Source: Mobula hypostoma (lineage: Eukaryota). Taken from it: a stretch of DNA of 64,000 bases. Of this stretch, positions 24,342-36,424 are shown piece after piece. The first letter of the stretch is position 1; each line of letters starts with the position of its first letter. The stretch covers positions 97,280,001-97,344,000 of the forward strand of contig NC_086107.1 in the NCBI RefSeq assembly GCF_963921235.1, in the 5' to 3' direction. The notes beneath the pieces were generated by a model. It saw nothing but the letters and a program-made list of their open reading frames with translations. It was not told where the DNA came from and did no database searches. A program made the translations under genes and the position numbers.

Positions 24342-25004
24342 CTTAAATGACATGAAATTTTTTGTTTTGAAGTAATGGTACAGTGGAAGACTTAAAAATG
24401 ACTATAACTTACATGAAGATTGCATTGTAAAGGAATAGCCAGGTACGTCCATGGGTTTGTGGACGTTTCCATAATGAACAGAACAAGCTGGTGTAAGGGC
24501 GGAGGTTTGGGCGGCCCAGTGACCATTTTGTTTAGCATGGCTGTTCTAGGGGTTTGCTGGTCCCATGGGGCAGATCGTCTGTGGGAGCTCGGCTTTCGAA
24601 GCTGGAGGTTGACCCTCCAGTCCAGTTTCTGGGTGTGATCCCCAGCCCCACAGCCCAGCTGTTCTCAGATCTAAGTTTCTCCTAACACAGAAGGAGGCCA
24701 TTCAGCCCATTTAGGCTCTGTCAGTCTTGGAACTATCCCACTCATCCAATGATTTCTCTTGAACCCTATTCTCTCCTACATTCCCTGCGCATCCCCCTCA
24801 TCTCCACCAACAGAGTCTACCACCATCCACCTACACACTTCGGGCAATTTACAACGGGAAGTTAACCTCCCAGGAAAAGGGAGGAAAGAACCAGAGGACA
24901 TGGGATTAACGTGGGAGGGGGAAGATTTAGAGTGGACACAGTGGGTACTTGGAGCTGCCAAAGGAAGTGGTAGAGGTGGGAACACAAACACTTATTGTTG
25001 TTTA

Positions 25005-25452
25005 CAGCAACACACATAAAAATTGCTGGTGAACACAGCAGGCCAGGCAGCATCTATAGGAAGAGGTACAGTCCAAATTTTGGGCCGAGACCCTTCGTCA
25101 GGACTAACTGAAAAGAAGAGATAGTAAGAGATTTGAAAGTGGGAGGGGGAGGGGGAGATACGAAATGATAGGAGAAGACAGGAGGGGGAGGGATGGAGCC
25201 AAGAGCTGGACAGTTGATTGGCAAAAGGGATATGACAGGATCATGGGACGGGAGGCCTAGGGAGAAAGAAAGGTCGGGCGGGGGGAACCCAGAGGATGGG
25301 CAAGGGGTATAGTGAGAGGGACAGAGGGAGAAAAAGGTGAGAGAAAAAAAAATTATATATACAATAATGATAAATAAATATAAAACGGATGGGGTACGAA
25401 GGGGAGGTGGGGCATTAATGGAAGTTAGAGAAGTCAATGTTCATGCCATCAG
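25005..25452 (-). mobile_element. PLE terminal repeat (closely related to 50620-51060)
   Basis: Co-linear similarity with the large PLE's 3' repeat; the hammerhead core is decayed (GAAA>AAAA). Confidence 0.85.
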
Positions 25453-25454
25453 AC

Positions 25455-25985
25455 TGTTGTTTATTGAGAGATATGACATGGCAACAGGCCCCTCAGCCCA
25501 TCAAGCCTGTGCCACCCAATTATAGCCACGTGTAGACCAATTAACTGACTAACCAGTGCGTCGTTGGGAGATAGGAGGAAACCAGAGCACCCAAGAGAAA
25601 CCCACACAGTCGCAGGGAGGAAGAGCAAACTCCCCACAAACAGTGGCAGAACTGAACTGGGGTCACGGGTGCTGTCATAGCGTTACTAGACGCCACGGCA
25701 GCATATCGGTTGGCGAGAAGCCTTTACAGCTCGGGGCATTCCAGAGTTCGGAGTTCAATTCTGGCATCGTCCTGTAAGCAGACTCTTTACGTCCTCCCCA
25801 TATGAGTTTTCCCCTAGTGCTCCAGTTTCCTCCCACAGGCCAAAGACATACCGGGTAGGTTAACAGAGTCATTGTAAATTGTTCTGTGATTAGGTCAGGG
25901 TTAATGAGGTTTGTCAGAGGTTGCTGGGGCAATGTGGCTCGAAGGGCCTGAGGGGCCTTCTCTGTACTGTATTACTAAATAAATT
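25455..25985. mobile_element. Two SINEs in head-to-head inverted orientation
   Basis: 25455-25700 is on the minus strand and about 25715-25985 on the plus strand (GGAGTTCAATTC B box, GTTTCCTCCCAC core, TAAA tail). Confidence 0.7.
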
Positions 25986-27644
25986 ACACCAATTAGTATA
26001 AAGCTATTCAAAAGTCATTTGGTCAGGTATGTAGATAGGAAAGGTTTAGAGAGGGTTAGGGGGCAAATGTGGGCATTTGGGACTAGCTTAGGTGGGTATG
26101 TTGGTCAGTATGGGCCAGATGGGCTGAAGGGCCTGTTTCTGTCCTCTAGTACTTTCTGTATCCCACAAATGTTTGGAATCAGGGAGGAGTGGGAGCATGG
26201 GAAATCCATACAGTCACAGGGTGAACTTGCAAACTCCACACAGAGAAGGAGACCCCCGTCACTGGCGCTCTCTTCACCATGCCGTCAGATGGCAGGGCAG
26301 GGCACAGTCGGTGAAAATCCCCTGGCCTGGGGACATCATCAGATGCTCCAATCCATTCTTGACAGAAGCCATTAAAACCCGTGAATGTTTCCTTGGCAAG
26401 CACTGTGTCTCATAGAGCGGACGCCAGAGAACTGTGAAGAGGTGGTTTACAATCCACCACGCCTCATATTAGCATATCTTCAGATTAGCAGAATTTACAT
26501 ATATAATTGGTATGCAATTACGCTAAACATTAATGTTGTTGCTAATAGGATAATGATCATTCTCTGAATTTCATCAAAGTAAGATTCTATTTTATTGTTG
26601 GTGTAAGTGTAGTTTCCAAGTTGTGCTTGTTTAGACATAGAAATCTGATCTTCCTAATTAGATATGTATTTTACCTTGTCCTATTAATGGGCTAAATTAA
26701 TAATTACTCCCTCTACATTTATTATTGGAAATTAATACATTTTTAGAAGTGTTTCATTAGCACTCTGTATTTTGCAATCTTATTACAACAGCAGAATTTT
26801 AAATTTAAGGAACAAGAGGGCCCTCATCCCATCGTACGTGTCAGCATTTCAAAAGTGCCCGGCAATTAGCCGCAATTCTCATTAGCCCTACAATTTTCAC
26901 CTTTTCAGCAGTTTAACCGGTTCTCTTTTCGAAGGTTTCACCTCAATGTGTCTCCTCCAGCACAGCTTGCAGACCTCACCGATTCCCAGCGTAGGAGCAA
27001 TTCCGTGTTTACCTCAGGCTTTCTTCCCTCGTCCTTCCAGTTGGTGTCCTCTGGTTACTGACCCTTGGGAAAGAGCCAACTTTAGAAAGGTCAAGCAACA
27101 CTCGCAAAATGCTGGGAGAACTCGGCAGGTCGGGCAGCGTCAATGGAGGGAATTGAACAGCTGACATCTCAGGCTGGGGCCCTTCATCAACTCCCCCAGA
27201 ATTCTGTGTGTGTCGCTCAAGATTTCCAGCATCTGCAAAACCTCTTGTGTCTGTGACTTAAGAAATTTCAGTTGTTGTAAAGCATTCTGACTTTATGACC
27301 TTTGAACCATTTTACCCACAATCCTCTCTCTCCTTCTCCATCAATCTTCACTTCAATCTATTCTCACACCACCTCCCTACCCATCTATCTGCTCCCATCT
27401 ATCCCCAGACAAAAGCCAATATTTCTGAGTGGTAATATTGCACTTTCTTTTTAGTGTGACTCACTTTGTGGCCATTTATCTTCAGACTCATTCACAGATG
27501 GATTGCAATATTGGGCTGTTACAGAGCGAATGGCTGAAGGAAAACCAGGACTGTCATCTCATTCTCCAGCGCCTGGAATCTTCTTGAGTCATAGTAGGGA
27601 GATGGCATTACAGTGATGATTACCACAAACAGGCTAAAAGACCC

Positions 27645-27878
27645 TCATGGTAGCGTAGTGGTTAGCATAACACTATCACCATGTCAGTAATCAGGGTTTG
27701 ATTCCTGCTCTGTCTATAAAGAGTTTATACATTCTCCCCATGACTGGGTGGGTTGCCTCGGTTTCCTCTCACGTTCCAAAGACGTACGGATTAGTACGTT
27801 AATTGGTCACATGAGTGTAATTGGGCAGTGTGAGCTAGTTGGGCTGGAGGAGCTGTATCTCTAAATAAATCAATAAAC
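27645..27878 (+). mobile_element. tRNA-derived SINE
   Basis: TGGTAGCGTAGTGGTTAGC A box, GGGTTTGATTCC B box, (TAAA)n tail. Confidence 0.8.
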
Positions 27879-27994
27879 AAGGCCCTAAGGAAATACAAAA
27901 GGGTAATCACTCTGTTGGAGGTCCCAGTAGTCAGTGGGAGATAGCAGAGTAGATGTGGAGGCATATCACGGAGGTGTGATAGAAATACTGAGGC

Positions 27995-28820
27995 ATAATG
28001 TCTGCCCCTACATTTCCTCCCTCGCCACCATCCAAGGCCTCACAGCTTTCTCAGGTGGGGGAGACATTCACCTGCATCTCCTCCAATCTGGATTATTGCA
28101 TTTGATACTCGTGGTGTGGCCTGCTCTACATCAGTGAGACTGAACACAGGCTAGGAGACCGTATTGCTGGACACTTGTGCTCACCAGCCATTCTAATTTG
28201 CTTCCCTTTGCCACACTGACCTATTTGTCCTTGGCCTCCTCCGCTGCCAGGGTGAGGCCAGACACAAATCGGAGGACCAGCACCTCGTATTCTGAACGGG
28301 TGGTCTAAAATTTACAGGGTCAGCATTGAACTCTCCAATTTCAGATAACCTGCTCCTCCTCTGTCCCTTCTCTCTCTCACATACTCCTCCTAATCCACCC
28401 AGTTCTTCCTACGCCCACCCCAGTCCCCAATCTCCTTATTTCTTTCTCCTCCTCCATCCACATCATCTGTCCGTTGGGTCCCCTCCCCACCTTCTTTGCT
28501 TATTTCCATGTTCCATCTTTCTTTCCTATCTGATTCCATCATCTGCAGCCCCTTGTTACCTCCACCTATCACCTCCCAGCTTCTGTTGCTAGTCCCACTC
28601 TTCACTCCTTCATCTGCCTATCATCATCTCATCTGGATGGATCTATGCTTGTCTGGTCCTACTCCATCCTTTCTCATCATTTCTCTATACTGGCTATTTC
28701 TCCCCCCTCTCTCAGCCCAGGTGAAGGGTCTTGCCCATTTTCCTCTGCAGATCCTGCCTGACCTATTGCATTCCTCCAGTTTCTTTGTTGCCCCAGATTC
28801 AAGCATGTGTAGTCTCTTTT
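27995..28820 (+). mobile_element. Old PLE 3' fragment (GIY-YIG endonuclease relic + terminal repeat)
   Basis: Decayed FTCISSNL..CI..S.CGLLYISET...LGDR...HL and EDQHLVF..G...NF, co-linear with 51020-51400(-). Confidence 0.75.
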
Positions 28821-29039
28821 GTCATCAAGGAATAAAGCAAGATGGTCCCGTTGTTGGACAGGTCTTGAGTTCCCATTGTCAGTTCTCCAAAGTTCTCCAA
28901 GACCTTCATCTCCAAGCAGTTTCACCCTTACACCTGTCATTGGCTTTCATCATTGGCCACCCTCTGATGAAAAGCCAACTGCAAAGCCAACACACATCTT
29001 GTTACCCAATTGAACAATTCTTGATTGTCAGCAAAAGTT

Positions 29040-30680
29040 CAGAGGTGGAGAAGATTAGCAACTTCAAATTCCTCAGTGTTATTATTTCTGAGGGCCTGGC
29101 ATGTAAGTGCAATTATGAAGAAGCACATCAGCGTCTCTACATCTGTAGGAGTTTGTGTGGATTCCACATGATATGTAAAACTCTGACAAACTTCTATAGC
29201 TGTGCAGTGGAGAGTGTATTGACTGGCTTCATCACAGCCTGGTATGGGAATACCAATGCCCTTAAATGGAAAATCCTACAAAAAGTAGTGGATACAGCCC
29301 AGTCCATTATGGGTAAAGCCCTCACAATCATTGAGCACATCTACATGAAGTGTAGTCGCAGGAAAGCAGCATCCATCATTGAGGGCTCCCACAACCCAGG
29401 ACAAAGTCTCTTCTTGTTGCTGCCATCAGGAGGGAGGTACAGGAACCTCAGGACTCGCACCAGCAAATTCAGGAACAGTTATTACCCCTCAACCAGCTGG
29501 TTCTTCTACCAAAGGGTATAACTTCACTCAGCTTCACTTACCCATCATTGTGGGGTCCCCACAACTTACGGACTCACTTTCAGGGACTCTTCATCTCATG
29601 CTCTTGATATTTATTGATTATTATTTATTATTATTATTATTATTTCTTTTTGTATTTGCACAGTTTGTGTCTTTTGCACACTGGTTGAATGCCCTAGTTG
29701 GTGCAGTCTTTCACTGATTCTATTATGGTTATTATTCTGTGACAGGGTCCTGAATTACCCCTATGAACTGTGCTCGATTACCCCTATGAACGGTGCTTTT
29801 GAAAAGAGAGAGAGAGAAGTAGTTAACTCTGACAGCTTAGTTTTAAGAGAGAGAGAAAGAGAGAGAGGAAGACTGCTCACAGTTTGTTTATACTTTCTCA
29901 AGGACTACACCTGCTTGTACGTTCTTACAGACAGAGAAGGGAGGAGCTGTTTGAATGACAGTTGGTACTCAGTACGGGAAGATAAATAGAAGGTCAGATG
30001 ATAGACCTGAGACACATGATTTTCGACACTGAATGAGCTTTGTTGTGCCCACAGAGAAAGTGGGTTTTGGAGGATCAATTAGGCGGATCGATCAGTGGCT
30101 CTTGCAGTATGAACAGGGCGTGACTGGTGAGGAATTATTTGTGTGGCCAACCCTCGCCTGGGTTGGTAGCTCCACCACAGAAGAACGTCCCCTTTTGTTC
30201 TGGTTACAGTTGGTGACTTCTAAAAGATTTCAGAGGACAACAGGAAGATTGATGGTGTCAGCTCACCTGAAGACTCAAATCTCTCCCTCTCTCTCTCCAT
30301 TACTACTCAACTCAATACCATGAACTGAACTGAACTTTACTCATCATCATAAGACTATCTATTTACCCCTAGACTTGAAGAAGCTTGGTTCTCATATATT
30401 TCAACACTCACTGAAATACTTACTTAAATATAATCATCGCTAATCTGTTTGATTTATCTGCATTTATATTACTGTATTGCGTAGTTACTAATAAATACCA
30501 TAAGTTAATAGCAATACTGGACTCCAAAGTGTTTTCCATTTCTGCTGGTTCTTTAACCCGCCACAAGGTATGTGACAATTCTATTATGGGTTTATTGAGT
30601 ATGCCTGCAAGACAATGAATCTCAGCGTTGTACATGGTGACATATATGTATTTGATAATAAATTTACTTTGAACTTTGAA
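29040..30680 (+). mobile_element. Rex1/Babar-like LINE 3' fragment interrupted by a solo LTR
   Basis: EVEKISNFKFLSV...LTNFYSCAVESVLTGFITAWYGN...LLPSGGRYR...FRNSYYPS. The 3' UTR resumes at 30582 and ends AATAAATTTACTTTGAACTTTGA. Confidence 0.85.
29738..30577 (+). mobile_element. Solo LTR (840 bp), Gypsy-like
   Basis: TGT...ACA termini; 4-bp TSD ATTC (29734-29737, 30578-30581); AATAAA at about 30490. Confidence 0.85.
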
Positions 30681-33138
30681 CTCTTGTGCCAAGTTCAAAG
30701 GTCTTATCAACAGTAAGTGGAGCTATCAGGAGAGGACAGGTAACCTACCTCTCTTTAACAAGGGGATGACCTCCCAGCATGAAGACAGAAGCTAGGAAAG
30801 AACAAACCTGGAGGATGTGGATAGAAGATGACCGGCCAAGAACGAGATGGGAATTTACCTTTTTCACTTCAGAGTGCGAAGGATGTTACATTTAGGACCA
30901 TAGAGGTAGCTAGCAAGGAGACATTTCAGGGCTAATAGAAGGAGCAAATGATTAGAGGGTTTGCTGATGGGAGGTGGGAAGGACAAGGCGAGGTATGGCT
31001 GAAGCTGTTGTGGTGAGCAACATATCTCTGTGCGGGGTGCACATAAAATTGTTCAAAGTAAGTTGCAAAATGCTCTCTCTGTTTTTATTCTAGAGTTCAA
31101 TTGGTGGAGAGTTTCGGGTTCCAGTTCTGTGTCTGCCTATTATCTGAAGCACTTTAAGAATATTATGGAAGTGCGGAGGGTTAATCTTTTCAGAGACTTG
31201 GATCTGAGGGCACATGCAATGCAGCCATTTTGTGTGTTAGTGCCATCTTCCCCGCTCTCCATTTGACAGCCTACTAAAAAGGTTAAGTGCTTAAAAAATA
31301 ATATTTTCAAATTTTTTTTACAATATTTCAAAATTCTGACCAGTTTCCTAGAGTTGCTGGGATTGTTTGACGATTGTCAAAGACATCTGCAAAGATTCAA
31401 AGATTCAAAGTACATTTATTATCAAAGAATGTATAAATTATACAACCTTGAGATTTCCTTGCTCACAGGTGGCCACAAAGTAAGAAACCTGAAAGAATGC
31501 AATTAAAGAAAAAAAATAAAAGACCAACACCCACTGCACAAGGGAAAGAAAAAAAACACAAATCATGCAAACAATTGCAGCGAACAACAACAATCTGAAC
31601 CAATAATGAATCCTCAAGTCTGTGCCCTGGAACAACCCAGAGTAGGCCCAAAGCCTCGCTTATCAGTTCACCATATTAGTGAGCACGGAGCAGAGCAGCC
31701 GGGGCAGTCGTCATGGCTCACAACCATGGAGAGAGGAGTGACCATTGCGGAAAGCGAGCAAAATCGGATCTTGTCTCGTAAACCAGAAGCCATGTCTACC
31801 TACTGGCAGTCAGAGCCAGTGTGTGAGGGCAGCTGGCTACCTGGGTGGATGGCAGCCACACCCGTGAGATGGGAGCTGGGAAGGCAGCAGGAGACTGATC
31901 TTGGACATCGCTAAAAGCACCAGCAGAACCACCTGCCCTGGCATCTTGTTCTGGGAGCTTGCTGTGCTCAAATTACATGCTGCATTTGCTACAGGACTGC
32001 AAGCAGTAGCTGGTGAAGGATTGGTTACAAATTGTTTATTTAGTTAGTGACAAATTGCTTTCAGACATCATGATATCCCTTAAATAAATGCAAATCTGTC
32101 TGCTTTTCCAATAAATCATAAAACGTGTGACAGCTTCATCAGGGCCGAGGGACTGGCAGGTCTGGGTGGATTGCTCTGGCCCCAGGCTACACTGAGAGAC
32201 CACGCTTAGATTAATTGTTACAGATTAATAGAATGAACATTTCTTTTCTTTTCTCACTGAAAAAAAAACTGAAATCACAGCAGAAGGCACAGTTTTCATA
32301 GTCGTCAGCACGGCTTTTTATCCAGACTAGTCCCAGAAGGTTCAGGCTCAAGGAATCTGAGGCATGCTGGCAAAATGGATCCCAAATTGGCTTGGTGGTA
32401 ATAAGCAGGGGTTAGTGGTTGGTTAACCGTCTGACTGGAACCCTGTAACGAGTGGCGTACTGCTAGGACCAGTGCTGGGACATTCAGCGTATTTGATTTG
32501 GATGAGAATGTAAGTGTTCTGAATTTAGAAGATGGAGGGGAAAGATATTGTAGAGAGCGATGAAGGCTGGTTGAGAACACAGGAAGGTAGATCAGGTGGA
32601 AAGTTGGGCAGAATAGTGGCAGGTGGAATTTACTCCAGGCACGCGTGGAGTCAAATTCTGGTAAGGTATGTAGAGTAAATGACAGGGACCTTAGGAATGC
32701 TGGAATAATGAAAAACCCTGAGATGTCAGTTCATAGCTCCTTGAAAACAGCAACACAAGTGGTAATAGGATAGGTTAGTGTAGTGAAGATGTATGAGTTC
32801 AGAATCAGAATCAGGTTTAATATCATATGTTGTGAAATTTGTTAACTTTGTGGCAGCAGTACAATGCAATACATGATAAATATGGGGAAAAAAATCAATT
32901 ATATTAAGTGTATAATTATAGAGAGTGTAAAAGGTGTCCACTAGATGTTGTCTGGAATGGAGGGTTTTAGTTACAAAGGGAGATTGGATAGGCTGGGTTT
33001 ATTCTCATTGGAATATAGGGAGCTGAGGGGCGATGTTATAGAGACATATAAGATTATGAAGGTCCCCAACCCACTGGCAAGGGATTGTGGAACTAGAGGG
33101 CACAGGTTTAAGGCGAAAAGTAAGGAATTCAGAGGCTG

Positions 33139-33702
33139 CATCTGGAGTACTGCTTGCAGTTCTGGTCTCCTTGCTTGAGGAAGGATAATACTGGCTTTAG
33201 AGGTGATGCAGAGGAGGTTCACCAGGTTGATTCCAGAATTAAGAGGTTTAGACTATGAGGAGAGATTGAGTCACCTGGGACTGTCCTTGCAGGAATTCAG
33301 AAGAATGAGAGTAGAACTTATAGAAATGTATAAAATTGTGAAAGGGGTAGATAAGATAGAGGCAGGAAAGTTGTTTCCACTGGTTGGTGAGACTAGGACT
33401 AGGGGACGTAGCCTCAAGATTCGGGAGAGTAGATTTAGGACGGAGATGAGGAGGAACTGCTTTTCCCAGAGAGTGGTGAATCTGTGGAATTCTCTGCCCA
33501 ATGAAGCAGTGGAGGCTACCTTAATAAATACATTTAAGATAAGGTTGAATAGATTTTTGCATAGTAGGGGAATTAAGGGTTATGGGGAAAAGGCAGGTAG
33601 GTGGAGACGAGTCCATGGCCAGATCAGCCACGATCTTATTGAATGGCGGAGCAGGCTCGATGGGCCAATTGGCTGACTCCTGCTCCTACTTCTTACGTTC
33701 TT
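33139..33702 (+). mobile_element. CR1 3' fragment nested in an older CR1 (about 32300-33940)
   Basis: ORF 33203..33676 QRRFTRLIP...RTEMRRNCFSQRVVNLWNSLP; the older CR1 resumes at about 33713. Confidence 0.88.
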
Positions 33703-34259
33703 GAGTTATGAATTTTAAAAGGCAGTCTGAGGGGTGAGCTTTTCACACAGGGTGCTGAATTTTTGGAACAAGCTGCCAGAGGAGATGGTGGAGACAGATA
33801 CAATTACAACGTTTATAAGGAAAACAAACAGGAATCTGTATAGGAAAAGCAGAGAGGGATGTGGTTAAATGAAATGATGTAGATAACTATCACAGTAAGC
33901 ATGGATGAGATGGGCTGGAAGGAGCCTTTCCTGTGTGCATCTTCGATGATTGTACAACATGACATAATCAACTCAGGGCAATTGTATAGCCGGAGGCCTA
34001 TAGACCATTATTGATCAACTGCCCACAGTAATCTCCAAATGTAGGCCTTGAAACACACTAATACAATATCCTATTGCTCTGTAATTAATCTTAAAGTGTT
34101 TTGCTCACTTGGCTTGGTAGATGGGGAACCAGTGAACATAGTACGACTGAATTTTCAAAATTATTCATTAAGGCTGTCAGATCAAGGACGCAAGCAGCAT
34201 GGCTGAGGGCTGATTAAAGGTCAGAAAGCTGAGAGTAGAAACATGAGAAAGTGCTTGTT

Positions 34260-34690
34260 GGAAATCCAGAGCAACACACACAAAATGCTGGAGGAACTCA
34301 GCAGGTCAGGCAGCATCTACGGAAATGAATAAACAGTCATGTATTGGGCTGAGACCCTTCTTCAGGACTGAAAGGAAGAGGGAAGATGTTAGAATAAAAA
34401 AAAGGTGCAGGGGGTGGGGAGGCTAGCCGGATAGGCTGGAGAGGTCAAGGGTTGGAGAAGAAAGAATCTGATAGGAGAGGAGAGTGGATCACTGGAGAAA
34501 GGAAAAGATGAGGGGACCCAGGGGGAGGTAATAGGCAGGCGAGAAGAGGTAAAAGGTCAGAGCAGGGAATAGAGGAAGGGAGTTGGGAGTGTGTTTACCA
34601 GAAGGAGAAATTGATATTCATGCCATCAGGCTGGAGGCTTTCCAGACAGAATATAGGATGTTACTCCACCTTGGCACAAGAGGAGCCCAT
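34260..34690 (-). mobile_element. PLE terminal repeat + endonuclease tail relic
   Basis: Same layout as 25005 and 50600; decayed hammerhead CTGAAGA-AGGG...CCC at about 34334-34370(-). Confidence 0.75.
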
Positions 34691-35429
34691 GGAGTGGCGT
34701 AGAAAGAGGTGCCTCATTTTTGGGCTGGCATGTTAGTGATAGAGTGGCATTGGGCCCAGTTGCTCACAAGGTGTGCTAAAGGCCCTGGTGAGAAGGCAGA
34801 GTGGACCTTATCCAGGTTCATAGATGATATGAAGCCAGGTGGAAACTTGAGGAGTCTGCAGATGGATGTAAACAGGTGGAGTGTGTATTCAGGAAGGCAG
34901 GTACGGAAAGCAACAGCGGGAAATTGGAAATGCCTGTTTGCTTTGGAAACCTGATGCACTGGTTCCAGACATGCAGGAACCATGGACAGATCAGAAGGCA
35001 AATGAAAGGAGCTTATCAACTCCTTATCTCACCCATGTGAGAAATTCCTCTCCCTCTTTCTCAGCTCAGACAAGGGACCTCAGAACTGAACTGCTGACTT
35101 CTTCCCCTGACATCTGTTAGTTTATCTCCAGCAATTACTGCTTTTAATTTCAATAACACAATGTACTTATATTGCAGGGGTGGAGTACTAGAGTGAAGAA
35201 CCTAGTGAGAAGTGTGATTTGAGGGGAATTTATTTATTTATTTACTCATCGATTGAGCCTTCTGGTCCACCCGATTTAACTAATTTACAATGGCGAATTA
35301 ACCTACTAACTGGTACATCTTGGAATGTGGGAGGAAACCCATTTCCCAGCAGAAATGGAGAGAACGTACAAACTCCTTACAGACAGCGGCAGGAATTGAA
35401 CCCGGGTCGCTGGTACTATAAAGCGTTAT

Positions 35430-36030
35430 AATAACAATTACAGCACGGAAACAGGCCATCTCAGCCCTTCTAGTCCGTGCCGAACTCTTACTCTCACCTA
35501 GTCCCACCAACCTGCACTCAGCCCATAACCCTCCACTCCTTTCCTCTCCATATATCGATCCAATTTAACTTTAAACGACAACATCGAAGCTGCCTCAACC
35601 ACTTCTGCTGGAAGCTCGTTCCACACAGCTACTACTTTCTGAGTAAAGAGGTTCCCCCTCATGTTACCCCTAAACTTTTGCCCTTTAACTCTCAACTCAT
35701 GTCCTCTTGTTTGAATCTCCCCCACTCTCAATGGAAAAAGCCAATCCACGTCAACTCTATCAATCCCCCTCATAATTTTAAATACCTCTATCAAGTCCCC
35801 CCTCAACCTTCTACGTTCGAAAGAATAAAGACCCAACTTGTTCAACCTTTCTCTGTAACTTAGGTGATGAAACCCAGGTAACATTCTAGTAAATCTTCTC
35901 TGTACTCTCCCTATTTTGTTGACATCTTTCCTATAATTTGGTGACCAAAACTGTACACAATACTCCAAATTTGGCCTCACCAATGCCTTGTACAATTTCA
36001 ACATTACATCCCAACTCCTATACTCAATGT
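35430..36030 (-). mobile_element. CR1 3' fragment inserted into a SINE (35235-36060)
   Basis: ORF 35498..36004(-) LYKALVRPNLEYCVQFWSP...; the SINE head resumes at about 36040 (CTATGCTACCGTGCC). Confidence 0.9.
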
Positions 36031-36424
36031 TGTGTTGACTTCTATGCTACCGTGCCAACCCCAGCTTGTTGAGGCCACATCAAGAGTGTTGTAGTCTCTG
36101 TAGAAAGGGGAATGTACAGAACCTCCTTGGGGACAGTTCAAGGAGGTTCCCCATGTGATCCCATAAGGAAATTGATTTACACTCTGAAGTTTTGAACAAT
36201 AAGAAGCAACTCCATTGAAATAAATGAGATTCTAAAGGATAAATATAAGGAAGTCTGCAGACGCTGGAAATCCAGAGCAACACATACAAAATGTTGGACA
36301 ACCTTTTGGGTCAAGACCCTGACATGTCGACTGTCTATTAATGTCCATAGATGCTGCCTGACCTGCTAAGATTCTAAAGGAAATTGCAGGTAGATGTTTC
36401 AAGAGGAGTGTCAGTCGAGGGTTT

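Noticed and set aside
27645..27720. tRNA gene (A and B boxes)
   Set aside because: It continues directly into a SINE body and tail; no intact cloverleaf.
28496..29521. 341-aa ORF
   Set aside because: Chance fusion of PLE terminal-repeat sequence, unique DNA and a decayed LINE C-terminus.
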